55,512 nucleotides of DNA, taken from assembly GCA_039029715.1 (NCBI GenBank), contig JBCCFN010000001.1:1-55512 (forward strand), in the 5' to 3' direction. Position 1 is the stretch's first letter. Every line of letters starts with the position of its first letter. Source of the DNA: Actinomycetota bacterium (GTDB lineage Bacteria > Actinomycetota > Acidimicrobiia > Acidimicrobiales > SZUA-35). A program made the translations under genes and the position numbers. Below are positions 44,459-53,139 of this stretch, piece by piece. The notes below the pieces were generated by a model that did no database searches, was not told where the DNA came from, and saw only the letters and a program-made list of their open reading frames with translations.

Positions 44459-45262
44459 GTGATGACCGAGCCACTGCGGGTTGGGCTGATCGGCTGGGGC
44501 GCCATCGGTCGGACCGTGGCCGAGCTGCTCGCCGACCAGTCGGTCGAGATCGTGGCCGTCGGGGTCCGCCGGCCAGACCTGGCGCGGGACGACCTGCCGG
44601 CCGGGGCGCAGCTGGTGACCGCCCCAGACCAGCTGGCCGGGCTGGACCTCGATGTGGTCGCCGAGGCCGCGGGCCGGGACAGCGTCGACCCCTGGGGCCA
44701 CGCCGCCCTGGCTGACGGGGCCGATCTGATCGTGTCCTCGGTATCGGCGCTGGCCGACCCGTCCCTGCTCGATTCGCTCCGCCGCAGCGCCGCCGACCAC
44801 GGCGCCCGGTTGGAGATCCAGACCGGGGCACTGGCCGGGATCGACGCCCTGGCCGGCGCCAGACTGCTCGGGATCGACGAGGTCGAACACCGGATCGTCA
44901 AACCGCCGCCGGCCTGGCGGGGGACGCCGGCCGAGCGGCTGTGCCCGCTCGATGACCTGACCGAGCCGACCGTGTTCTTCCGCGACACCGCAGCGGCCAC
45001 CGCCTCGGCCTTCCCCAAGAATGCGAACGTGGCCATGACCACCGCCCTGGCCGGTATCGGCCCGGACGAGACCGCCATCGTGCTGGTTGCCGATCCCGCC
45101 GCCACGACCAACCGCCACGAGATCCGGACCGCCGGGGCGTTCGGCTCGCTCGAGGTCTCGATCGCCAACAACCCGCTGCCGGCCAACCCCAAGACCTCGG
45201 CCATGGCCGCCCTCAGCCTCGTCCGGGCCATCCGGAACCGGGTCGATCCGCTGGTCATCTGA
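44459..45262 (+). CDS. aspartate dehydrogenase (NadX)-family protein
   Basis: Rossmann N-terminus VGLIGWGAIGRTVA. Family blocks: ..VSSVSALAD.., ..IQTGALAGIDAL.., KPPPAWRGTPAE, ..FPKNANVAMTTALAG.., ..NPKTSAMAALS... The start is GTG 44459 or ATG 44462. Confidence 0.75.
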   Translation: MMTEPLRVGLIGWGAIGRTVAELLADQSVEIVAVGVRRPDLARDDLPAGAQLVTAPDQLAGLDLDVVAEAAGRDSVDPWGHAALADGADLIVSSVSALADPSLLDSLRRSAADHGARLEIQTGALAGIDALAGARLLGIDEVEHRIVKPPPAWRGTPAERLCPLDDLTEPTVFFRDTAAATASAFPKNANVAMTTALAGIGPDETAIVLVADPAATTNRHEIRTAGAFGSLEVSIANNPLPANPKTSAMAALSLVRAIRNRVDPLVI

Positions 45263-45272
45263 GGCGCCGGTC

Positions 45273-46775
45273 ATGGCCAACGTCCTGCTCATCACCTCGG
45301 ACCAGCACAACCCGTTCTTCTGCGGATACGCCGGCGATCGGTTGGTCACCACCCCGAACCTCGATCGCCTGGCCGTGCGAGGGGCCACGTTCACGGCGGC
45401 CTACACCAACAACCCGATCTGCATGCCGGCGCGGGCATCGTTGGCCACCGGGCGGTACGGCTCGACCATCGGCTCCTACGACAACGGCTCGCCGTACGAC
45501 GGTGGCGTGACGCCGAGCTTCGGCCACCGGCTCCGAGAGGCGGACCGGGTGGCGGTCACCTTCGGCAAGCTCCACTTCGACCCGGAGGCCGACAGTGGGT
45601 TTCGGACCCATCTGCCGCTCCAGGCCAAGCGGGGCTACGGGGCCGCTATCCAGAGCTGGGCCAGGGGGTCGGCCCGGCCGAACCGGATCATGGTCGACCA
45701 CGCGCTCGATGCGGCGCCGGGTCCATCCGAGTACGAGCGCTACGACCGCCACACAACGGCCTCGGCCTGTCGTTGGTTGACCGAGGAGGCGCCGCGGGAC
45801 CGGCCGTGGCTCGCCCACGTCAGCTACGCCCACCCGCACTACCCGTTCCGGGCCCCGGCCGCCCGGTTGCCGGCCGACGACGTCGAGATCCCGTTGCCGC
45901 CGGCCTGGCGGTCCTCGGACTGGCCCCGGAATCCGGAGCTGGATGCTCGCCGTCGCCTGACCGGGTACGACGAACACGCCCTGGACGAGGACGAGCTCCG
46001 CCGGCTCCGCTGGGTCTATGCCGGCATGGTCAACGCCGTCGATGCCCAGATCGGGCTGGTGCTCTCGGCACTGGGGGAGAGCGGCCTGGCCGATGAGACC
46101 GTCGTGGTCTACACCTCCGACCATGGCGACATGCTCGGCAGTCACGGGTTCCTGATGAAGGGATTGCTGTACGACGCCTCGGCCCGGGTGCCGCTGGTCA
46201 TGGCGGGACCAGGGGTGGATGGCGACACGACCTGCGAGACGGCGGTGTCGCTCGTCGATGTGTTCCCGACGGTGCTCGACGTCACCGGCTGTCGCCAGAC
46301 CGACGAGGATCGGGACCTTCCTGGCACCTCGCTGCTGTCGGTGGCCGGCGGTGCCGACGATCCGGACCGGGCCGTGTTCTCCGAGTACCACGGCCCGTCG
46401 TCGACCGCCGCGTCGTTCATGATCCGGCGGGGCCGATGGAAGTTCGTCCGTCACCTGGCAGACGGAACGCCACCCCAGCTGTTCGACCTGGCTGCGGACC
46501 CGGACGAGCTCGACGACCGGGCGGACGAGCCGGCCATCGAACCGCTCCTGGCCGAACTCGACGACGAGCTGTGCGCAGTGGTCGACCCGGTCGAGACCGA
46601 CCGCCGCATCCGGGCCGAGCAGGCCGCCCTGCTCGCCGCTGCGGACCGTCCCCGCCCGCCCGGTGGCGGCCAGCCGCAGCGGACGCCACTCGGCACGATC
46701 GCCGCCGGCTGGAGCGTGCCGCCTGACGAGTTCATGCGGGCCGTCAACGACGCCGCCACCCCGGAGTCGCCGTGA
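45273..46775 (+). CDS. Cys-type sulfatase (formylglycine-dependent family), no signal peptide
   Basis: From ORF 45087..46775. The start is ATG 45273 (MANVLLITSDQHN). The formylglycine motif CMPAR sits in ..YTNNPICMPARASLATGRY.., followed by ..YTSDHGD... Confidence 0.85.
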   Translation: MANVLLITSDQHNPFFCGYAGDRLVTTPNLDRLAVRGATFTAAYTNNPICMPARASLATGRYGSTIGSYDNGSPYDGGVTPSFGHRLREADRVAVTFGKLHFDPEADSGFRTHLPLQAKRGYGAAIQSWARGSARPNRIMVDHALDAAPGPSEYERYDRHTTASACRWLTEEAPRDRPWLAHVSYAHPHYPFRAPAARLPADDVEIPLPPAWRSSDWPRNPELDARRRLTGYDEHALDEDELRRLRWVYAGMVNAVDAQIGLVLSALGESGLADETVVVYTSDHGDMLGSHGFLMKGLLYDASARVPLVMAGPGVDGDTTCETAVSLVDVFPTVLDVTGCRQTDEDRDLPGTSLLSVAGGADDPDRAVFSEYHGPSSTAASFMIRRGRWKFVRHLADGTPPQLFDLAADPDELDDRADEPAIEPLLAELDDELCAVVDPVETDRRIRAEQAALLAAADRPRPPGGGQPQRTPLGTIAAGWSVPPDEFMRAVNDAATPESP

Positions 46776-48124
46776 CGACCGCCACCACACCCAACATCGT
46801 TTTCGTCTTCTTCGACAACCTCGGCTACGGGGAGCTCGGCGTCTACGGCGGGGGCGTGGTCCGAGGAGCCCCAACGCCCCGGATCGACGCCCTGGCCACC
46901 CAGGGACTCCGGCTGACCAACATGAACATGGAGGCCCAGTGCACCCCGTCTCGCTCTGCGGTGATGACCGGGCGGATCCCGGTACGATCCGGCACCACCC
47001 GGATCCCACGGGCAGGGCGACCGTCGGGGCTGGTCACCTGGGAACGGACGATCGCCGAGCTGTTGGCAGACGCGGGCTATGCCACGGCCCACTTCGGGAA
47101 GTGGCACCTCGGTAGCGAGCCACAACGACAGCCGAACGCCCGCGGGTTCGGCGAGTGGTGGGGTCTGCTCGAGACCCACGACTCGTCCCTGTGGTCCACG
47201 GGCGATGGCCAAGAACCCGTGGTCTCCCCCGAGGTCCTCTGGGAGGGGACCGCCGGGTCGCCGAGCCAACAGGTCGGCCCCTACGACACCGACGCCCGCC
47301 GCCGATTCGATGCCGAGTGCTTCGCCAGGGCCGCCGACTTCATCGACCGCCAGGTCACCGCCGGAACCCCGTTCTTCTGCTATCTCCCGATCGCCTTCCC
47401 CCACTTCCCGACGTTGCCCCATCCCGACTTCGTCGGGGTGACCGGCAACGGCGACTTCGCAGACGCCTTCGTCGAGCTCGACACCAGGGTCGGTGCGCTG
47501 CTCGATCACCTGGCGGCCCTTGGCGTCGCCGATGACACCGTGGTGGTTGTCACCTCTGACAACGGGGCCGAGGACGTGCTGCCGTGGCGGGGCTGGAGCG
47601 GGCCGTGGGGCGGGTCGTACTTCACGGCCATGGAGGGGTCGCTCCGGGTACCGTTCCTGATCCGGTGGCCGGGTCGGATCCCGGCGGGGGCCCTCAGCAA
47701 CGAGATCTGCCATGCGGTCGACCTGTTCACCACCCTCGCCTCGCTCGGCGGCGCAGCGGTGCCGGACGATCGGCCGATCGACGGGATCGACCTGGTCCCG
47801 TTCTTCACCGGTGAGCGGCCGGACTCCGGCCGGGAGAGCGTCCTGTGCTTTGTCGGCGATCGGCTCCATGCGGTGAAGTGGCGGAACTGGAAGCTCCATC
47901 ACGTCTGGCAGGAGTACATGCTCGACCCTGCGGTGGAACTCGGCGTCCCCCGGGCATTCGACCTGTACCAGGATCCGCGCGAACGTCATGACGTGTTCCT
48001 TCCCGCAAACACTTGGCTGACCAGGGTCACTGCGCCGGTGATCGCCGAGTTCAGCGCCAGCCTCGAACACCATCCGATCATCGAGCCCGGCACCCCCGAC
48101 CCCTACGAGCCGCCGGTGCCCTGA
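46772..48124 (+). CDS. arylsulfatase-type Cys sulfatase, no signal peptide
   Basis: The GTG start overlaps the previous stop (GTGA). Recognisable blocks: NIVFVFFDNLGYGELG, CTPSRSAVMTGR, GKWHLG, VTSDNGAE. Confidence 0.88.
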   Translation: MTTATTPNIVFVFFDNLGYGELGVYGGGVVRGAPTPRIDALATQGLRLTNMNMEAQCTPSRSAVMTGRIPVRSGTTRIPRAGRPSGLVTWERTIAELLADAGYATAHFGKWHLGSEPQRQPNARGFGEWWGLLETHDSSLWSTGDGQEPVVSPEVLWEGTAGSPSQQVGPYDTDARRRFDAECFARAADFIDRQVTAGTPFFCYLPIAFPHFPTLPHPDFVGVTGNGDFADAFVELDTRVGALLDHLAALGVADDTVVVVTSDNGAEDVLPWRGWSGPWGGSYFTAMEGSLRVPFLIRWPGRIPAGALSNEICHAVDLFTTLASLGGAAVPDDRPIDGIDLVPFFTGERPDSGRESVLCFVGDRLHAVKWRNWKLHHVWQEYMLDPAVELGVPRAFDLYQDPRERHDVFLPANTWLTRVTAPVIAEFSASLEHHPIIEPGTPDPYEPPVP

Positions 48125-49350
48125 TGTCCCGCCCCGAGCCCCGCTTCGAGACCCTGACCGTCGATCCGGCCCGCCGGGACGACGGTGTCATCCTCCTGGC
48201 CATCGGCTACAACACCCGGTCGATTCACAAGACGAGCGACCGGGAACTGCTGGTGGCGCTCGGGCCGGATGGTCGGGTGGTCTGGCAGCGGGATCTCCCT
48301 CAGGCCCTCATGGACTGCCGGGCCAGCGGTCGGGAAACGCTGCTGGCGGTCACGGCCGGCGGCTGCCTACAGGAACTGGATCGCACCGGGGCGCTGGTCG
48401 GGGAGTGGTACCCGGCGTTGCTCTACCCGGACGGGATCCCGGAACATCCCCAGGCAATCCCGCTGCCGACCCTCAAGCTCCACCATGCTGCCACCGAGCT
48501 CCCGGATGGCCGACTGGCCACGCTGTCGGTCCGGCTGATGCGGGGGGTGAACGACAACCCGGAGTTCCCGGACTCCATGGCTGACACGATCATCGTGTTC
48601 GACCGGGACGGGACGGTCGAGCGGGAGGTCGCCCTCGACGAGCTGCTGGATCACGATCGTCGCTCCCACAGCCACTACCTGCCGTACTGGCCGCTCCAGG
48701 GCTTCGACGGGGTGGCGGACTGGACCCACGCCAACGGCCTCAGCGTCGATCCGCTCGATGGTGGGTTCATCGTCTCGCTCCGGCACCAGGACGCGGTGAT
48801 CAAGGTGTCCCGGCAGGGTGACCTGGTGTGGATCCTCAGCGAGCCGGACTGGGCCGAGCCCTGGAGCGAACGGGTCCTCGTGGTCGACGGCGGCCGGCCG
48901 TTCTATCACCAACACGATGCCGCCTTCACCGACGATGGCGTCCTGTTGCTGTTCGACAACGGGAATCACGGCAGCCGGCCGCCGACCCCATCGCAGCCGG
49001 TCGACGAACTGTCGACCTACGCCCTCGGCTACCGGATCGACGAGGGGGCGATGACTGCCACCGAGGAGTGGCGCTACGGCGGGCGCGACATCGCCCACAG
49101 CACCTACGTCGGTGGGGTGACCCAGACCCCGAACGGCAACCGGTTCATCGCCTGCACCGGGATCAAGCGGGAGCCAGACGGTAGCTACTCGCCCTCCACA
49201 CCGGACGGGATCGGCTCGGTCGAATGTTACGAGGTCACGCCGGAGGGGGACCTGGTGTTCCACACTCGGCTGGTCGACCCGGCCGCGGGGCCGGATCAGG
49301 GATGGAACGGCTTCCGACCCCAGTACCTCCCGGCGGGGTACCTGCGGTGA
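48124..49350 (+). CDS. aryl-sulfate sulfotransferase (ASST, PAPS-independent beta-propeller family), no signal peptide
   Basis: From ORF 48013..49350. The start is ATG 48124 (TGATG junction). The blocks DWTHANGLSVDPLDGGFIVSLRHQDAVIKVSRQGDLVWILSEPDW and FYHQHDA..DGVLLLFDNGNH parallel the conserved DW.H.NS..D....I.SsRHQsAv.K......WIL and QH....G....FDNG segments of enterobacterial AssT as I recall them. Confidence 0.72.
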   Translation: MSRPEPRFETLTVDPARRDDGVILLAIGYNTRSIHKTSDRELLVALGPDGRVVWQRDLPQALMDCRASGRETLLAVTAGGCLQELDRTGALVGEWYPALLYPDGIPEHPQAIPLPTLKLHHAATELPDGRLATLSVRLMRGVNDNPEFPDSMADTIIVFDRDGTVEREVALDELLDHDRRSHSHYLPYWPLQGFDGVADWTHANGLSVDPLDGGFIVSLRHQDAVIKVSRQGDLVWILSEPDWAEPWSERVLVVDGGRPFYHQHDAAFTDDGVLLLFDNGNHGSRPPTPSQPVDELSTYALGYRIDEGAMTATEEWRYGGRDIAHSTYVGGVTQTPNGNRFIACTGIKREPDGSYSPSTPDGIGSVECYEVTPEGDLVFHTRLVDPAAGPDQGWNGFRPQYLPAGYLR

Positions 49351-50573
49351 TCCCGGACAGCCCGCCGGGCTTCGATCTGTTCACCCTGCTGACCGATCCC
49401 CATCCGCATCTGGACGCCGCCCGGGCCGAGGCCCCGATCTTCCGGGACGAGGCCACCGGGCACTGGGTGGTGACCAGATACGAGACGATCAAGGCGGCCC
49501 TGTCGGATCCGGAGACGTACTCCTCGGTCAATGCGCTGGAACCGATCACCCCGCTCGATCCGGCGGTCCCGGCCATCCTGGAGGCCGGTGGGTTCGGGGC
49601 CCGGCCGTTCATCGTCAACATCGACGGCGAGGACCATCGGGAGCGGAAACGGATCTTCACCTCGGTCCTCCACCCTCGCAAGGTGGCCCAGTTCGAGCCT
49701 CGGATCCGGGCCCTGGCCAAGCGGATGCTCGGCGACCTGCCAATGGACGAGCCGTTCGATCTGGTCGACCGGTTCTCGCTCGACTTCCCGGCCCTGGTCG
49801 TGTTCGCCTTCCTCGGGATCCCGGACGACGACGTCCGGGAGATCAAGGGCTGGGCCGACGCCAGGATGGAGCTGTTCTTCGGCGACCTTTCGTCGGCCCG
49901 GCAGCGGCAACAGGCCGAGGGCATCGTCCGGTTCTGGCGCTACATCGAGGACCACATCGAGTCCCAGCTTGCCGACCCCGGCGACCACTTCGTCGGCGAC
50001 CTGGTGCGCCTCCATCGCAGCGGGGACGAGGATGTCTCGCTCAACGACATCGCCAACTACTGCTGGTCGTTCCTGTTTGCCGGGCACGAGACGACGACGG
50101 CGCAGATCACCAACATGGTCCGGGACCTCCTGGTCGACGGTGCCGCCTGGTCGGCGTTGGTGGCCGACCCGTCGCTGGCCGCCGCGGCGGCCGAGGAGAG
50201 CCTCCGGATGAACACCTCGGTGTTCAACTGGCGGCGCCGGACCACCAGGGAGGTCCAGTTGCACGGGGTGACGGTCCCCGCCGGGAGCGACCTGTTCCTC
50301 GTCTACGGATCGGCGAACCACGACGCAGCACAGTTCCCGGAGCCGGACCGGTTCGTGCTCGACCGCCCCGAGGTCCGCCGGCATCTCGGGCTCGGCCACG
50401 GTGCCCACTTCTGCGTCGGGGCCGGTCTGGCCCGGCTGCAGCTGCGGATCGTGCTCGAGGAGCTGGTGGCGGTGGCCCCCGACCTCCGCCTGGTGCCGGA
50501 CCGGCCGTCCCGGTTCATCCGCAACGTGTCATTCTGCGGCCCCCGGACCCTGTGGCTGGAGCGATCGCCATGA
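49347..50573 (+). CDS. cytochrome P450
   Basis: From ORF 49224..50573. The GTG 49347 start overlaps the ASST stop. I-helix FAGHETT, ExxR (EESLR), heme loop LGLGHGAHFCVGAGLA. Confidence 0.9.
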   Translation: MIPDSPPGFDLFTLLTDPHPHLDAARAEAPIFRDEATGHWVVTRYETIKAALSDPETYSSVNALEPITPLDPAVPAILEAGGFGARPFIVNIDGEDHRERKRIFTSVLHPRKVAQFEPRIRALAKRMLGDLPMDEPFDLVDRFSLDFPALVVFAFLGIPDDDVREIKGWADARMELFFGDLSSARQRQQAEGIVRFWRYIEDHIESQLADPGDHFVGDLVRLHRSGDEDVSLNDIANYCWSFLFAGHETTTAQITNMVRDLLVDGAAWSALVADPSLAAAAAEESLRMNTSVFNWRRRTTREVQLHGVTVPAGSDLFLVYGSANHDAAQFPEPDRFVLDRPEVRRHLGLGHGAHFCVGAGLARLQLRIVLEELVAVAPDLRLVPDRPSRFIRNVSFCGPRTLWLERSP

Positions 50574-52261
50574 CGGCCGCCCCGGACGTCATCTTCCGCA
50601 ACGGCCAGGTCCTCGGCTCGGCCGGCCCGGCCGGACCGCTCGGTCCACCGAGCGCGGTTGCGGTGACCGGCAATCGGATCAGCGCCCTCGGCGACGACGA
50701 TCTGGTCGACTCGGCCGGACCGTCGACGTCGGTGGTCGACCTCGGCGGCCGGACCCTGCTGCCGGGGATCAACGACGGGCACCTCCACATCGGTGGCTTC
50801 GCCAGTGGCCGACCTCCGGTCTCGATCGACGTGTCGCCGGCGGTCTGCCCGACCGTCAGGTCGGTGGCCGGCGCCGTGGCCGAGCAGGCCGCAACCGTCG
50901 AGCCCGGCACCTGGATCCGCGGCCGGGGCTGGGTCGGCGCCGCCCTGGCCGATCTCGACGGCAGCGAGCCGTCCGCTGACCTCCTGGACGCAGTCTCGCC
51001 GGTCAACCCGGTCATGCTCGGCGACTTCAGCGGACACGCCATCTGGGTCAACTCGGCGGCGATGGTTGCCGCCGGCATCGACCGGGAGACCGTCATTCCG
51101 GCCGGGGGACTGGCCAGAAGGGACGGGGCCGGCGAGTTCACCGGCCTGTTCGTCGATGCCGCTCAGATGCTGATCACCACCGCCGCTCCGTCGCTCGGCG
51201 ACGCCGAGCTGGAGACCGCGGTTCGGGCGGCCATCGGCGAGCTGCACCGCCAGGGCATCACCTCGATGACCGATGCCGCCCTCAACCCGTTGCCGGGCGC
51301 AGAAGATCGCCTCGGTGGCGCCCGGGTCTACGAGCTGCTCCGCCGGATCTGTGGCCGGGACGACGTCCCGATGCGGACAAACGTCCTGGTCTGCTTCAGC
51401 CCGTTGGCGGCGTCGATGTTGGACGACACCGTGGCCGGACTGGACCTGTGGGAGCGGCCGGAGAGCGATCGATCGTGGTTCAACGTCCGTGGCCTCAAGA
51501 TCTTCGCCGACGGGGTGCCGCCGAGCTGCACCTCGTGGATGTCGACCCCCTACCCCGACGGCAGCCATGGGTGCCTGACCGTCGGCGGTGACACCGACGC
51601 CGACCGGGTCGAGGAACTAGAGCTGCTGATCCGGGCCGGCCATGATCGGGGGCTGCAGGTCGGGGTCCACGCAACCGGCGACCTGGCGATCGAGGCGGTG
51701 GTCGACGGGTTCGCCGCAACGCTGGCCGCCGGCCCCCGGCCGCACCGGCACTACATCATCCACGGCCCGCTGGCTCCGCCGGATCTGCTGGCCCGGGCCG
51801 GGGCCCTCGGGTTGGGATTCAACGTTCAGCCGTCGCTGAAGTCGACCTCGGCCCGGGCCATCGAGGGGATGTTCGGCCGGGAGCTGAGCGAGTGGCAGTG
51901 GCCGCTGCGGGCCATGCTGGACAGCGGCAGCGTGTTGGCGGCGTCGTCGGACGCCCCGGTCTGCGAGCCGAACTGGCGCCACGGCGTTGCCGGGGCCGTC
52001 TTGCGGGAGACCGATGACGGCGAGGTCTACGGCGCCGATCAACGGATCCGGGTCGACGAGGCCATCCACGCCTACACCGCGGCCGGTGCATGGCAGGACG
52101 ACGCCGACGGGTGGAAGGGCTCGATCGACGTCGGCAAGGTCGCCGATCTCTGCGTGGTCGACGCCCGCCTGTCGACCGACGACCCCCGGACCTTCGCAGA
52201 CGCCGCAGTGTCGCTGACCATGGTCGACGGGGTCGTCGTCCACGGGGCGCTGGAGGAGTGA
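50570..52261 (+). CDS. amidohydrolase family protein (large Amidohydro_3/YtcJ-like type)
   Basis: From ORF 50552..52261. ATGA overlap with the P450 gene. The N-terminal beta-sandwich is followed by LPGINDGHLH (HxH); also present: ..VGVHATGD.., ..IIHG.., ..ASSDAPV... Length 563 aa. Confidence 0.82.
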   Translation: MTAAPDVIFRNGQVLGSAGPAGPLGPPSAVAVTGNRISALGDDDLVDSAGPSTSVVDLGGRTLLPGINDGHLHIGGFASGRPPVSIDVSPAVCPTVRSVAGAVAEQAATVEPGTWIRGRGWVGAALADLDGSEPSADLLDAVSPVNPVMLGDFSGHAIWVNSAAMVAAGIDRETVIPAGGLARRDGAGEFTGLFVDAAQMLITTAAPSLGDAELETAVRAAIGELHRQGITSMTDAALNPLPGAEDRLGGARVYELLRRICGRDDVPMRTNVLVCFSPLAASMLDDTVAGLDLWERPESDRSWFNVRGLKIFADGVPPSCTSWMSTPYPDGSHGCLTVGGDTDADRVEELELLIRAGHDRGLQVGVHATGDLAIEAVVDGFAATLAAGPRPHRHYIIHGPLAPPDLLARAGALGLGFNVQPSLKSTSARAIEGMFGRELSEWQWPLRAMLDSGSVLAASSDAPVCEPNWRHGVAGAVLRETDDGEVYGADQRIRVDEAIHAYTAAGAWQDDADGWKGSIDVGKVADLCVVDARLSTDDPRTFADAAVSLTMVDGVVVHGALEE

Positions 52262-53139
52262 CGGTGCCGGCGTTCGAGACCGTCGCCGGCCCGTTCGGGT
52301 TCACCGAGGGCCCGGTGTGGGACGGGGCGCGCCTCCTCTTCACCGACATCCCGCCGAGTCGGATCCTGGCCTTCGACCCCGAGACCGGAGTCACCGAGGT
52401 CCACCGGACCGGGACCGCGAAGGCGAACGGATTGGCCCTCGACAGCCAGGGGCGCCTCTACGCCTGCCAGGACGAGGGCCGCCGGGTGGTCCGTTACGAC
52501 CCGGACGGGTCGATCACTGTGGTGGCGGACCGCTTCGAGGGGCGGCGACTCAACAGCCCGAACGACCTGTCGATCGATGAGGCCGGTCGGGTGTGGTTCA
52601 GCGACCCCCGCTACGGGCCGACCCGGGACGACCTGGAGCTCGATCACGAGTCGGTCTACCTGGCGACGCCGACCGGTGACGACTACGACCTTCGACGGGC
52701 AACCTTCGACACGACCAGGCCGAACGGGGTGTTGCTGAGCCCCGATCGTCGGACCCTGTACGTGGCCCAGACCCACATGCCCCCACCGGACGAATGCCGG
52801 GAGCTACGGGCCTACCCGATCCTCGACGACCTGACCCTCGGGCCGCACCGGGTGCTCCACGACTTCGGTGACCACCGGGGGGTCGATGGCATGACGACCA
52901 CGGCCGACGGCTCACTGCTGGTCGCCTGCGGGTGGGGCAAGGGTGGGCCCGGCCCTCGGATCGCCGTGTTCGGTCCGGACGGCGCCCTCGTCGCCGAGTA
53001 CACGACCGAGGCGAATCCCTCCAACCTCTGCTTCGGCGGACCGGATCGGCGGGACCTCTATGTCACCGGGGCCAGCGGCTGCCTGTGGCGGATGGCCGGC
53101 CTCCTCGACGCCGACGGCCGGGGCCCGTGGACGAAGTGA
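52258..53139 (+). CDS. SMP-30/gluconolactonase/LRE-like beta-propeller protein
   Basis: From ORF 52090..53139. The GTG 52258 start overlaps the previous stop. Recognisable blocks: ..GFTEGPVWDG..LLFTDI.., ..ANGLALD..GRLYAC.., ..NSPNDLSID..GRVWFSDP.., ..PNGVLLSPD..TLYV.., ..DGM..D..G.L.., ..PSNLCFGG.....LYVT... Confidence 0.85.
   Translation: MTVPAFETVAGPFGFTEGPVWDGARLLFTDIPPSRILAFDPETGVTEVHRTGTAKANGLALDSQGRLYACQDEGRRVVRYDPDGSITVVADRFEGRRLNSPNDLSIDEAGRVWFSDPRYGPTRDDLELDHESVYLATPTGDDYDLRRATFDTTRPNGVLLSPDRRTLYVAQTHMPPPDECRELRAYPILDDLTLGPHRVLHDFGDHRGVDGMTTTADGSLLVACGWGKGGPGPRIAVFGPDGALVAEYTTEANPSNLCFGGPDRRDLYVTGASGCLWRMAGLLDADGRGPWTK

Noticed and set aside
43771-48073. A chain of long minus-strand ORFs (43771..45258, 44258..45394, 45255..47009, 46451..48073).
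   Set aside because: All are antisense to plus-strand genes with clear catalytic motifs (DHDPS-like, NadX-like, two sulfatases). They have low-complexity Arg/Pro/Gly composition and no family resemblance.
50570-52261. The amidohydrolase as the missing ACMS decarboxylase of the kynurenine pathway.
   Set aside because: It is 563 aa and of the large Amidohydro_3/YtcJ type, with an N-terminal beta-sandwich. As I recall, ACMSD is a ~330-aa amidohydrolase_2 protein with different motifs, so I did not make that assignment.
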